From Anaerolineales bacterium (lineage in GTDB: Bacteria; Chloroflexota; Anaerolineae; Anaerolineales; E44-bin32): a stretch of 64,000 bases of DNA. The notes under the pieces were generated by a model, which ran no database searches, was not told the origin of the DNA, and worked only from the letters and a program-made list of their open reading frames with translations. Positions 1 through 10,266 of the stretch are shown here, piece by piece (position 1 is the stretch's first letter; each line of letters begins with the position of its first letter). The DNA is taken from NCBI GenBank assembly GCA_034417075.1, contig DAOULU010000006.1:138283-202282 (forward strand). Direction: 5' to 3'. The translations under genes and the position numbers were made by a program.

Positions 1-2726
1 GCTACGTTGAATCCCTCTCTGCCTACGCACGCCAATTTCTCGGTCAGCTCGACAAACCTGACGTGGATTACATCGAAGGACTTTCTCCCGCCGTGTCGAT
101 CAACCAACGCGGGGTGTCTCACAATCCCCGGTCCACAGTCGGGACCGTGACGGAAGTGTATGATTATCTACGTTTGCTCTTTGCACGCGCCGGAATCCCG
201 CATTGTCCGATCTGCAATCGAGAAGTGCGCCAACAATCGGCACAGGAGATCGTCGATGCCGTCGAGGCCATGCCGACCGATTCGCGCGTGTTGATCCTGG
301 CGCCACTGATTCGCGGGCGCAAAGGGACACACCGCGCGGTTTTCGATGAGGTTCGCAGATCGGGGTTCGTGCGCGTGCGGGTTGACGGCGTGATGCAATC
401 CGTCGACGACGAGATCGAACTGGATCGCTACAAAACGCACAACATTGAAGTTGTCGTGGATCGTCTCATCGTCGAATCGGATTCTGAGCATGCATCGGAG
501 AATGGATTCCGATCGCGCCTGACGGATTCGATCGAGACGGCACTGCGCTGGGGCGACGGTACGATGCTTGTCGCCGACGTGACTTCAGAGCAAGAGCCGA
601 AAATCACTCCCTATTCGGAGTTCCTTGCCTGTCCCGAGCACGGCACGATGCTCTCGGAGATCGAACCGCGCACGTTCTCCTTCAACACGCCCCACGGCGC
701 ATGCCCGGAATGCCAGGGACTGGGTATTAAATTGGAGATCGACCCCGATCGCATCATTCCCGATCGTTCCATCTCCATCGCCGACGGTGCGGTCACCGCG
801 CTGGAATGGTCCAACCAAAGCCGCGAACGAAGAGGCTATTACTGGCAGATGGTCGAAGCCGTCGCCGAGCACTATGGGGTGAATCTCGATGCCCCGGTAG
901 CGGAACTCGAAGATGAAAAACTAGATTTGATCCTGTATGGAACGAACAACGAAAAATTGCCCGTTAACTACGTGAACAGTGACGGACGTAAAACAACTTT
1001 CAAGACGACTTTCGAGGGCGTGATCGGAAATCTCGAACGGCGCTATCAGGAGACGCAATCCGATGCGGTTCGCAACCGCATTCAAGAATTCATGGCCGAG
1101 CGGCCGTGTCCCTCCTGCGGAGGCCGGCGCTTGCGCGCAGAAGCCCTGGCCGTCCTGTTGGACGGCATGAACATCGTCGAGGTCACGAAGTGGCCCGTCC
1201 AACGCACACTGCAATGGATACAGAAACTGCATGGTGATGACAGTCCGTTGTCCGATCGTCAACGGAAAATCGCCGATCGAGTGCTTAAAGAGATCGCTGA
1301 CCGCCTCGGTTTCCTGGTGAATGTGGGTTTGGATTACCTCACCCTCGACCGTTCGGCGAGCACGCTCTCGGGTGGCGAAGCGCAACGCATTCGATTGGCG
1401 ACCCAAATTGGATCGCGATTGATGGGCGTGCTCTATGTGCTCGACGAACCTTCGATCGGTCTTCATCCCCGCGATAACAAACGGCTCATCCAGACTCTGG
1501 AGGAGATGCGCGACCTGGGCAATTCCGTGCTCGTCGTTGAGCACGACGAGGCCACCATCCGGGCTGCAGATTGGGTCATCGATCTGGGTCCGGGAGCCGG
1601 AGAAACTGGGGGAGAAATCGTAGCGGAAGGCACGGTCACTCAAGTCACGCACAACAAGAAATCGGTTACCGGCCGGTTCCTCGCTGGAAAACTTTGCATC
1701 GACACTCCCGAGGAACGGCGAAAAGGAAGTGGACACACTTTATCCGTACTCGGCGCACGCGAAAACAACCTCAAGGACATCGACGTGCATATCCCTCTGG
1801 GGACGTTTGTGTGCATTACGGGCGTTTCAGGCTCCGGCAAATCCACCCTGATGGTGGAGGTGCTCTACAAAGCGTTGGCTCATAGTCTGCATGGGGGACG
1901 GCAGCAGCCAGGTACCTATTCCACACTCGAGGGAGTCGAGTTCGTAGACAAGGTTATCAACATCGACCAGAGTCCGATAGGTCGTACGCCGCGCTCCAAC
2001 CCCGGCACGTACACAGGCGTTTTCGATCACGTGCGCGCGTTGTTCGCCGAACTGCCCGAATCCAAGGTGCGCGGTTACAAGCCGGGTCGCTTCTCCTTCA
2101 ACGTTCACGGCGGCCGCTGCGAAGCCTGCCAGGGGCAGGGACAATTGCGTATCGAGATGCAGTTTTTGCCTGACGTGTATGTGCCGTGCGAGGTATGCCA
2201 CGGCGCTCGCTTCAACCGGGAAACGCTGCAGGTGCGATTCAAAGAACAATCCATCGCCGACATTCTCGACATGACCATCGATGAAGCGGCAGAGTTTTTC
2301 GAGGCATTTCCAGCGATGGTACGCAAACTAGACACCTTGCAGGAGGTCGGCCTGGGCTACATTAAAATCGGTCAGCCAGCTCCCACCCTATCCGGTGGTG
2401 AGGCCCAACGCGTGAAGCTGTCGCGCGAACTTTCGAAACGCAGCACCGGCCACACACTCTACGTTCTTGACGAACCTTCTGTGGGGCTGCATGCTGCGGA
2501 CGTATATAAATTGATCGACGTCCTGCAGCGTCTGGTGGACCAGGGCAATACCGTCTTGATCATCGAGCATCATCCCGACATCATCAAGGTCGCCGATTGG
2601 GTGATCGATCTCGGTCCGGAGGGGGGAGATCAAGGCGGAGAAATCGTCGCGGTCGGAACGCCGGAAGAGCTCTGCAGCGTTTCCGTATCATACACCGGAC
2701 AATTTTTGCGAGAACATCTGAAATAA
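1..2726 (+). CDS. uvrA: Excinuclease ABC subunit A (UvrA), 5' end cut by window edge
   Basis: Frame is open from nt 3 (..VESLSAYARQFLGQLDKPDVDYIEGLSPAVSINQ..), so the Met at 63 is internal. Walker A GVSGSGKST, two LSGGEAQR signatures, zinc fingers CPECQGLG and CEACQGQG. Confidence 0.97.
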   Translation, partial: YVESLSAYARQFLGQLDKPDVDYIEGLSPAVSINQRGVSHNPRSTVGTVTEVYDYLRLLFARAGIPHCPICNREVRQQSAQEIVDAVEAMPTDSRVLILAPLIRGRKGTHRAVFDEVRRSGFVRVRVDGVMQSVDDEIELDRYKTHNIEVVVDRLIVESDSEHASENGFRSRLTDSIETALRWGDGTMLVADVTSEQEPKITPYSEFLACPEHGTMLSEIEPRTFSFNTPHGACPECQGLGIKLEIDPDRIIPDRSISIADGAVTALEWSNQSRERRGYYWQMVEAVAEHYGVNLDAPVAELEDEKLDLILYGTNNEKLPVNYVNSDGRKTTFKTTFEGVIGNLERRYQETQSDAVRNRIQEFMAERPCPSCGGRRLRAEALAVLLDGMNIVEVTKWPVQRTLQWIQKLHGDDSPLSDRQRKIADRVLKEIADRLGFLVNVGLDYLTLDRSASTLSGGEAQRIRLATQIGSRLMGVLYVLDEPSIGLHPRDNKRLIQTLEEMRDLGNSVLVVEHDEATIRAADWVIDLGPGAGETGGEIVAEGTVTQVTHNKKSVTGRFLAGKLCIDTPEERRKGSGHTLSVLGARENNLKDIDVHIPLGTFVCITGVSGSGKSTLMVEVLYKALAHSLHGGRQQPGTYSTLEGVEFVDKVINIDQSPIGRTPRSNPGTYTGVFDHVRALFAELPESKVRGYKPGRFSFNVHGGRCEACQGQGQLRIEMQFLPDVYVPCEVCHGARFNRETLQVRFKEQSIADILDMTIDEAAEFFEAFPAMVRKLDTLQEVGLGYIKIGQPAPTLSGGEAQRVKLSRELSKRSTGHTLYVLDEPSVGLHAADVYKLIDVLQRLVDQGNTVLIIEHHPDIIKVADWVIDLGPEGGDQGGEIVAVGTPEELCSVSVSYTGQFLREHLK

Positions 2727-2742
2727 CTGAAGATCGGGTTCG

Positions 2743-3966
2743 TTATTCGTAGCGCAGCGCTTCGACGGGCTGGAGATCTGCGGCGCGTTTAGCTGGATAG
2801 AGACCAAAGAACACACCGACGGCCGCTGAGAACAGCGTCGCCAACAGGACCGCATCCAGGCCCATGCTGGGGTTCAACTCGGCATCCGAAGCGGCTGCGA
2901 TCGCACCGACAATTTGTGACAATCCCCAACCCAAGCCGATGCCGATCAAGCCCCCCATCATGCTCAACAACGCCGATTCGGTGAGGAATTGAAGCAGGAT
3001 ATCCCGTTTGCGCGCCCCGACCGCCTTGCGCAAACCGATCTCCCGCGTACGCTCCGTAACCGAAACGAGCATGATGTTCATGATCCCGATTCCACCGACG
3101 AGAAGCGAGATCGCCGCGATCCCGCCCAGGAAGACCGTAAGTACGCTGGTGATCGCTTCCGCCGTTTCGAGGAAATCCTGCTGGGTGAAAATAGTGAAAT
3201 CGTCTGCGCCGATCGGCGTGCGGTGACGAGTACGCAGGATGGCGGCGATTTCGTCGTTCGCCGTGGAGACATTCTCCGGGCTGATCGCCTGTACCAAGAT
3301 CATATCCACCGCGTCTCGGTTCCGGCGCAGCAAGCGGACCTGTGCGGTGGACAACGGAACGATGATCTGATTGTCCTCGTTCGAAAACTCGGATCCGCCT
3401 TTCGAGACGGTAACGCCGATGACGCGAAATGGCTGTCCTTCGACGCGTATGGTTTCGCCGAGCACGCCCTGCGTTCGGCCGAACAATTCTTCGGCGACGT
3501 CAGGGCCGATGACCGCCACCGCGGCCCGTCCGAGTAGATGTACTTCGCTGATGAACTCACCTTCCGCGAGTTCAACGTTGCGCACGCTTTGATAATCCGG
3601 TGTGACGCCATAGCCCGTGGTCAGTTTTGTTTCTCCAGCGTAACTTACCTCGACCGTGCCTTGGAGGACGGGAGCCACGCCGACCACAGAAGGAGCGACG
3701 AACGGATCACGTATCGCTTCGGCATCCGCCAAGGTCAACGGCTTGGGATTGCGGATCTCCTCCGATCCGCCGCGTATCACGAAAAGCAAATTGGTGCCGA
3801 TTCCGCTTATCGATCCTGTGATCGTGTTTTGCGCGCCGGTACCAATCGCCAGCATGGCGATCACCGCCCCAACCCCGATGACGATACCCAATACCGTCAG
3901 GCCGGAGCGTAATTTGTTGCTGGCGAGGCTGTCCAGCGCTTCGAGGACGTTGTTCCAAAGGTCCAT
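2743..3966 (-). CDS. ABC transporter permease, MacB/FtsX family
   Basis: 407 aa. N-terminal TM helix, large extracytoplasmic domain, C-terminal FtsX-like 3-TM bundle (TERTREIGLRKAVGARKRDILLQFL). Downstream of the cognate ATPase. Confidence 0.9.
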   Translation of the reverse strand: MDLWNNVLEALDSLASNKLRSGLTVLGIVIGVGAVIAMLAIGTGAQNTITGSISGIGTNLLFVIRGGSEEIRNPKPLTLADAEAIRDPFVAPSVVGVAPVLQGTVEVSYAGETKLTTGYGVTPDYQSVRNVELAEGEFISEVHLLGRAAVAVIGPDVAEELFGRTQGVLGETIRVEGQPFRVIGVTVSKGGSEFSNEDNQIIVPLSTAQVRLLRRNRDAVDMILVQAISPENVSTANDEIAAILRTRHRTPIGADDFTIFTQQDFLETAEAITSVLTVFLGGIAAISLLVGGIGIMNIMLVSVTERTREIGLRKAVGARKRDILLQFLTESALLSMMGGLIGIGLGWGLSQIVGAIAAASDAELNPSMGLDAVLLATLFSAAVGVFFGLYPAKRAADLQPVEALRYE

Positions 3967-4059
3967 CCCGATTCCTTACCGCCTTGCTTCTGCCTGTTCG
4001 TGGACCCGCATTTCCGGGATGCGTGGAAAACGCGCAAGCCCATCCATGCGCTCACTCTA

Positions 4060-4743
4060 TCAACCCGATTGACTTTCGACCAATCCATCCCGCAGCATGA
4101 TCACGCGTTCGGTCCGTACCGCGATCTCCGGATCATGGGTCACGAAGATCAGGGTCGTCGAAAATTTCTCGTTGAGATCGAGCAAGATGTCCATGATCTC
4201 CTCGCCCGACTTCGTATCAAGATTACCCGTGGGCTCGTCGGCCAGAATGATCGCCGGATTATTGACTAACGCCCTGGCGATCGCCACTCGTTGTTGTTGC
4301 CCACCGGAGAGTTCGTTCGGTCGGTGCCGAATGCGGTCGCCCAGACCGACGTCTTCCAGTGCCTGGATCGCGCGTTTTCGCCTGCCGTTGGACACACCGG
4401 CGTAGCGCATGGGCAGCTCGACGTTCGTCAGTGCGGTTTGGCGCCCCAACAGGTTGAAACTCTGAAAAACGAAACCCACTTTATGACTTCGGATTTCCGC
4501 CAACGCATCGTCGCTCAAATCGGCGATCTCCTGCCCATCGAGCTTGTAACGGCCGCTGCTCGGGCGATCGAGGCACCCCAGGATGTTCATCAACGTGCTT
4601 TTCCCCGAGCCGGAAGGTCCCATGATGGCGATCACTTCACCCGGCTTGACGCGCATCGATACGCCGCAGAGTGCGTGCACTTCGACCTCACCCATACGAT
4701 AGACTTTGGTCAGCTCTTCGGCTTCAATGACCCACTCCGCCAT
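4060..4743 (-). CDS. ABC transporter ATP-binding protein (MacB/LolD-type)
   Basis: Walker A GPSGSGKST, signature LSGGQQQRVAIARAL, Walker B ILADEPTGNLD. The start overlaps the stop of the upstream adaptor gene by 1 nt. Confidence 0.94.
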   Translation of the reverse strand: MAEWVIEAEELTKVYRMGEVEVHALCGVSMRVKPGEVIAIMGPSGSGKSTLMNILGCLDRPSSGRYKLDGQEIADLSDDALAEIRSHKVGFVFQSFNLLGRQTALTNVELPMRYAGVSNGRRKRAIQALEDVGLGDRIRHRPNELSGGQQQRVAIARALVNNPAIILADEPTGNLDTKSGEEIMDILLDLNEKFSTTLIFVTHDPEIAVRTERVIMLRDGLVESQSG

Positions 4744-6167
4744 TATCTGCCCCCCATGAACCCCGGCTGCCCACCGAAGAGCATATTTTCGGGTGGATTC
4801 AAAACCACGAGATCCCCTGCCTCAAGTTCTCCATCGAGAACCTGGCTTTGTGTGTCGGACGAAACCCCGAGTTGGATGACCACCGGTTTTAATTGCTCAC
4901 CTTCGAGGATAAAGACGGTACGTTCACCGTCGACCACTCGTACGGCGCGATTGGGGACGAGCAACACGTCCTCGATCTGCTCGACGACGATGTTTACCGC
5001 GGCGGTCATGCCCGGCCTGATGCGCTCGTCCGCATCCTGCAGTTCAACGGTAACGTTGAAGCTCACAACGCCTTGTGTGATTACGCCGCTGAGCCCGATC
5101 GCGGTCACATGCCCGTGATACGTACGGTCGAGGACAGCATCGAAATTCAAGTTAACCGGTTGGTCGATCGCAATGCGATTGATGTCCACCTCGGAAATTT
5201 CGACGTCCACCAACAGGCGTGAAAGGTCCGCCAAGCCGAAAGCGACCGTACCCGGGGCGACTTGGTCGCCGGGTTTTACCTGCACCGAGGTAATCGTGCC
5301 CGAAAAAGGTGCTTCGATGCGGGCGGTTTTCAGCGTCGCTTCTGCGGCCGCCAAGCGCGCTTCCGCAGCAGCTATGTCATCGGGGTTGGGTCCGTCTTTC
5401 ACTCGCTCCCAATCGCGCATGGCATCCGCAACCCGCGCTTCCGCCACCGCCACTTCGGCATCCAGCAACGCTTGTTCGGTTACCGAAGGGTGTCCCGTGT
5501 ACCAATTGAGCTCCCGCTGGATCGAGTCGCGTTTCTTGCGCGCCGCGATGAGGTTGGACAGCGCCAGAGCCCTACCAGGATCGTCATTCGGACGATTCTC
5601 CACCCGCTCGAAAGCAGCTTCTGCGCGGTCTACATCCTGCTGTGCGAGCACCAGGTTCGCTCGCGCCGCATCCAATGTGTCGCTGCTGGCCCGATACCCC
5701 TCCTGCCGCACGGTGCGCAGGTATTCAGCATTCTCGAGTGCATCCTGCGCTTGGGCGAGAGCCAGCTGTGCCGCGGCCTGCGTTTGCGATGACTCCTGAA
5801 GATCGTCCAGCGCTCGCTGCGCAGCGACGTAATCGGCCTGGGCAAGGATCACCGCTGCGGGCAACGTTGTCTGTTTAATTTCAGACAGCACATCCCCGCG
5901 CTCGACTCTATCCCCCAGCTCCACGTCGACACCGTCTACAATGCCGCTGGATTGAAAAGTAAGCACCGCGGATTGGTTTGCCCGTACGGTCCCTGTTGCA
6001 CCGACGGATGCCGTAAGCGATCCCCGGGTCAGCTCCTCGGTCTGCAGAGAATCCAATGAAGCCTGACTCGATTGTGCGCAAGATCGCAGTGCAAGAAAGG
6101 CCGCGACGATGACAACAACCACCGCGATCACAATATATCGTCGTTTCATCTTTCTACTTCCTTCCAA
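4743..6167 (-). CDS. Efflux periplasmic adaptor / membrane-fusion protein (HlyD/MacA family)
   Basis: 474 aa. N-terminal TM anchor, long Ala/Gln-rich coiled-coil hairpin, C-terminal beta-barrel region (ARIEAPFSGTITSVQVKPGDQVAPG). First gene of the adaptor-ATPase-permease operon. Confidence 0.85.
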   Translation of the reverse strand: MEGSRKMKRRYIVIAVVVVIVAAFLALRSCAQSSQASLDSLQTEELTRGSLTASVGATGTVRANQSAVLTFQSSGIVDGVDVELGDRVERGDVLSEIKQTTLPAAVILAQADYVAAQRALDDLQESSQTQAAAQLALAQAQDALENAEYLRTVRQEGYRASSDTLDAARANLVLAQQDVDRAEAAFERVENRPNDDPGRALALSNLIAARKKRDSIQRELNWYTGHPSVTEQALLDAEVAVAEARVADAMRDWERVKDGPNPDDIAAAEARLAAAEATLKTARIEAPFSGTITSVQVKPGDQVAPGTVAFGLADLSRLLVDVEISEVDINRIAIDQPVNLNFDAVLDRTYHGHVTAIGLSGVITQGVVSFNVTVELQDADERIRPGMTAAVNIVVEQIEDVLLVPNRAVRVVDGERTVFILEGEQLKPVVIQLGVSSDTQSQVLDGELEAGDLVVLNPPENMLFGGQPGFMGGR

Positions 6168-6407
6168 GTGCTTCTCCGACGTTATCGTTCGGTAAATAAG
6201 ATTTGTGATCCCCAGGCACGAGGTAAAAAAACACCTGGGGATCCTCGGTTTTCCGAGCCGAACTGCACAATAAAATGTATTTTACCCCATGATGATAAGC
6301 ATATTTTCAGTTGTGACAACCATCACGAATAAGGATGACATTCACGACTGATATAGGACCACTTGGGTCTGTATCATCTAATGTAGGGAGTAGCGGAGGT
6401 TTGTAGA

Positions 6408-7847
6408 ATGCCAGAACCATCGAGTGGAGAACCAGCTCTTGACCGTAAAGCTCGCATGAAATTGCCCTTCGAGGACATCGAAGCACGCCCGGTCAACGTT
6501 CGTATCCTCGATTTTGAGCCTACGTTCAAACCTCTGACCGCAGAACAAGCGCGGCGCGCTGCCGAAAGATGCATTCATTGCCCAGATCCTGCCCCTTGTC
6601 ACAAAGCATGCCTGCTGCATAATGACATCCCCTCCGCAATGTGGTTGATCGAGCAGGGCGACTTCATCGGTGCGGCTGAAATCTACCGCCGCACCAGTTC
6701 CATGCCCGGAATTTGCGGCAGGGTATGCCCGCACGAAGCCCTCTGCCAGGGCGCATGCCCGCGCAACAAACGCGGCGAGCCTGTCTTGACCGGGGCGTTG
6801 GAAGCTTTCGTCGCAGACTATCAACGTCAGCACGGCAAAGTTGAAATTCCAGTCGGGACACCTACCGGAAAAAAGGTCGCCATCATCGGATCCGGACCAT
6901 CGGGTCTCGCCTGTGCGGAACAACTGGTCCAAAAGGGACACGCCGTAACGATTTTCGAAGCCATGCCTGCTTTCGGCGGTTTATTGATGTACGGGATTCC
7001 CAATTTCAAACTCGACAAGCAGGTCGTCCAAGCCAGGATTGACGATCTGCGAAACGCCGGCGTCTCCTTCGTGAGCAACACTCGCATCGGCGAGGATCAA
7101 ACGATCGATGATCTCATGAAACAAGGTTACGACGCCGTTTTCATCGGGGTTGGTTCCGAGGTCGATGCCAAGATGGATGCACCTGGGGAGGATTTGCCCG
7201 GTGTGTACGAAGCCACGGATTTCCTCATGCGCGCCAACGTCGACCCGAAGCTGCTTCCGGAATCGAAGCGAAGCAAACCGGAAATCGGACATCGGGTCGC
7301 CGTCATCGGCGGCGGCGACACGGCTTCCGACTGCCTGCGTACTGCGATCCGGCTTGGAGCGGAAGAGGTCACCTGTCTGTACCGGCGCACGGAAGCCGAG
7401 ATGCCGGGCGGCGAGAAAGACCGCCATTTAGCCAAGGAAGAGGGTGCTCAATATCGTTTCCTCACCCAGCCGGTGCGCTACATCGCCGGACCGGACGGGA
7501 GCGTGAGCGCCGTTGAGTGCCTGCAATGCGAATTGGGCGAGCCAGATGACAGCGGCCGAAGGCGCCCCATTCCCATCGAGGATTCGAATTTCACCGTGGA
7601 AGCAGACACCGTTATCCTGGCGATCGGCTACTGGCCCGATCCCCTCATTGGAAAGACAACGGACAATCTGGAAACTCGCAAGTATGGTCTTGTCATTGCC
7701 GATGAAGAAACGGGCGCCACGTCTCGAAAGGGCGTTTTCGCCGGCGGCGATGCTGTCAGCGGACCCGACCTGGTCGCTACCGCCGTCGCCTCGGGCCGTC
7801 GTGCTGCGGCGGGCATCCACGAATACCTGCTCGAAACCGGCGAATAA
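6408..7847 (+). CDS. NAD(P)H-dependent oxidoreductase, glutamate synthase small-subunit (GltD)-like
   Basis: N-terminal Fe-S Cys clusters (CIHCPDPAPCHKAC, CGRVCPHEALCQGAC), FAD/NAD Rossmann motifs (VAIIGSGPSGLACA, VAVIGGGDTASDC). No gltB large subunit adjacent. SD GGAGG lies 8 nt upstream. Confidence 0.85.
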   Translation: MPEPSSGEPALDRKARMKLPFEDIEARPVNVRILDFEPTFKPLTAEQARRAAERCIHCPDPAPCHKACLLHNDIPSAMWLIEQGDFIGAAEIYRRTSSMPGICGRVCPHEALCQGACPRNKRGEPVLTGALEAFVADYQRQHGKVEIPVGTPTGKKVAIIGSGPSGLACAEQLVQKGHAVTIFEAMPAFGGLLMYGIPNFKLDKQVVQARIDDLRNAGVSFVSNTRIGEDQTIDDLMKQGYDAVFIGVGSEVDAKMDAPGEDLPGVYEATDFLMRANVDPKLLPESKRSKPEIGHRVAVIGGGDTASDCLRTAIRLGAEEVTCLYRRTEAEMPGGEKDRHLAKEEGAQYRFLTQPVRYIAGPDGSVSAVECLQCELGEPDDSGRRRPIPIEDSNFTVEADTVILAIGYWPDPLIGKTTDNLETRKYGLVIADEETGATSRKGVFAGGDAVSGPDLVATAVASGRRAAAGIHEYLLETGE

Positions 7848-8009
7848 TTCATCATCCATAAGCCGCTCTAAATCCAGACGCGCGGGTTTCTCTACATTCC
7901 CTTTCGATCCTCAAAAGGCTTCGTTGCTTTTCGCTGCGGGGAAGATCGCCTGCGTATTGAATGAATCGAAGGCCGATATAATCGGACCGGCGATTCTCCT
8001 AGGAAAGAT

Positions 8010-9167
8010 TTGGAAATCATGCACGATGCCCCAGCGAATGCGTTAGCCACAGAAATAAAAAACGAAGCAAAACGTATCGGCTTTACGCTTGCAGGCATCA
8101 CGTCCCCCGATCCGCCTGCCCATCTCGAGGTCTATGAAGCGTGGCTTTCCCAAGGGCATCACGCGAGCATGGTTTACATGAGCCGCGAAGACGCACGCCA
8201 ACGACGAGCCGATCCCCGATCGATTCTGCCGGAATGCCAGGCGATCATCGTCCTCGCGGCGAATTATCTCCCCAGAACTACGACTCGAGATCGTACGGAC
8301 TCTCATTTCCAGATTGCATCTTACGCCCTCGGAGATGATTACCATATCGTGCTTCCCGAGCGCATGTATCGGCTCGTCGAATTCATACAGGAGCGACTTG
8401 GAAGAGATGTGAGGTATAAAATTTACACCGACACAGGACCGCTTCTCGAGCGTGAACTTGCACAACGAGCGGGTCTGGGTTGGATCGGCAAGAATTCATG
8501 CCTGATCCACCCGCGGCTCGGTTCCTATTTCGTTCTGGGCGAAATCTTGCTCGACGTTCCCCTCCCCATCGACGCCCCATTCTCACACGACCGCTGTGGT
8601 ACGTGTACCCGCTGCATCGACGCGTGTCCGACCCGTTGCATCCTGCCCAACCGCACCCTGGACAGCCGTAACTGCATATCCTATTGGACCATCGAATCCA
8701 AGGACGTCATCGCGCTCGACATCCGTCCGCAGATCGGGGACTGGTTGTTTGGCTGTGACGTCTGTCAGCAAGTATGTCCTTACAACAAGACGTTCGCCAA
8801 ACCGAGCGAGGATTCCGCATTCCAGATGCGAGAATCCCTCGCTGGCGCGACGCTCGAGCGATTCCTGCGACTTCCACAAGATGAATGGCGCCGTACATTC
8901 AAGGAAAGCCCGCTGCTGCGCGCCAAGCGGCGTGGCCTGGTTCGTAACGCAGTTGTTGTTGCGGGCAATGCCGAAGATCCGGCATTTGTCCCCAATTTGA
9001 CCATGCTCCTTCAACAAGATTCAGAACCACTTGTGCGCTCGCATGCAGCCTGGGCGCTCGGCCGCATTCGTTCTCCGCAAGCCCTGACCGGACTTCGAGC
9101 GGCGCAATCATACGAGAAATCTCCCGAGGTGATCGAAGCCATCGAGGCGGCACTGCGAGATTCATAG
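8010..9167 (+). CDS. queG: tRNA epoxyqueuosine(34) reductase
   Basis: Two 4Fe-4S ferredoxin motifs (CGTCTRCIDACP, CDVCQQVCPYN), characteristic N-terminal domain, C-terminal HEAT-like repeat (EPLVRSHAAWALGRI). Confidence 0.9.
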   Translation: MEIMHDAPANALATEIKNEAKRIGFTLAGITSPDPPAHLEVYEAWLSQGHHASMVYMSREDARQRRADPRSILPECQAIIVLAANYLPRTTTRDRTDSHFQIASYALGDDYHIVLPERMYRLVEFIQERLGRDVRYKIYTDTGPLLERELAQRAGLGWIGKNSCLIHPRLGSYFVLGEILLDVPLPIDAPFSHDRCGTCTRCIDACPTRCILPNRTLDSRNCISYWTIESKDVIALDIRPQIGDWLFGCDVCQQVCPYNKTFAKPSEDSAFQMRESLAGATLERFLRLPQDEWRRTFKESPLLRAKRRGLVRNAVVVAGNAEDPAFVPNLTMLLQQDSEPLVRSHAAWALGRIRSPQALTGLRAAQSYEKSPEVIEAIEAALRDS

Positions 9168-9462
9168 CCGTTTATGCCCGATGCACGGGCAATCGATGAT
9201 GCTCGTCCCTACAATGTCCAAAAAATACTACGTAGAGACGCCTCGGTGAGGCATCTAATTCTTATCGCTGGCGAGGGATATGTAACCCTCGCCCATCGTT
9301 CGCGGATATTTTTCCTCAGGTGTGCACAGATGAATGTGAATCAATGAAATGTTGGGTTTCGGTTCCCTCAACCCAACCTACGAGCTGTGGATGCGATCTC
9401 ATTTTTAGGGCTGCTTTTTTAGTACAGCCCCTTTGTCATGCCTTGTGGTTTGTCGCTCGTGG

Positions 9463-10164
9463 TTAGCTCGGTGTAGCGGAAGGTGTACCCGGACCCGGAG
9501 ACAGCGTTGGCGTTGGTGTGGCGATGTTGACCGGGACGAGGATGATCTGGCCAACGCCGATGTCGTTCGGATCTTCGATGTCATTGGCTTCGGCGATCGC
9601 TTCCGCCGTGCTGTTGAACTGTGCGGCAATCGACTCGAGCGTGTCGTTCGGTTGGACGCGGTATTCGATCCTTTGGCCGGGCAGCAGATTCTCCGGCAAA
9701 GGAGTATTTGTCGGCAAGACGTCTTCCGAGCCAGGGATGATTAAAACCTGTCCCACGAATATCGCATCCGGATCGTCGATGTTGTTCACCGCCATCAAGA
9801 GCGAGATGCCATCCAATCCGAACTGTTCGGCGATCGTCCAGAGCGAATCACCCAGTTCGACGGTGTAGCTCAATGGGCCTGTGGGTGTCGGTGTGTCTGA
9901 GGGCGGTAGGGTGAGGGTAATCGTAGGCGTGTCGGTTGCTGGCAGCGGAGTTGAGGTTTCCGTAGGCGTCGGCGTCTTGCTGGCAAGAAATCCGGGTAGC
10001 GCCGGTGGATTATCACCGGTGAGCCACAAAACGACCATGAAGATTCCCACAACGAGGAGCACCACCGCCAGCCCCCCCAGGATGAGCGGCACCAAACGTT
10101 CTCGACGCCGCCTGTACGCCATAATCACGTCCGCGACATCTGGTTCCGGTTCAGACATATCCAA
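9463..10164 (-). CDS. Membrane-anchored LysM-domain protein (two LysM repeats)
   Basis: One TM helix (LVPLILGGLAVVLLVVGIFMVVLWL), PT-rich linker, two LysM repeats (YTVELGDSLWTIAEQFG..., YRVQPNDTLESIAAQFN...). Confidence 0.85.
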   Translation of the reverse strand: MDMSEPEPDVADVIMAYRRRRERLVPLILGGLAVVLLVVGIFMVVLWLTGDNPPALPGFLASKTPTPTETSTPLPATDTPTITLTLPPSDTPTPTGPLSYTVELGDSLWTIAEQFGLDGISLLMAVNNIDDPDAIFVGQVLIIPGSEDVLPTNTPLPENLLPGQRIEYRVQPNDTLESIAAQFNSTAEAIAEANDIEDPNDIGVGQIILVPVNIATPTPTLSPGPGTPSATPS

Positions 10165-10266
10165 TCACTCCCCTCCAGTGTGGAGCGTACTCACAACTCC
10201 TTCGGCGCGTTTCATTGTACCTGAATTCAAGTCATCCGGGTGCTTAAATGTTAGGGGGGACTAACT

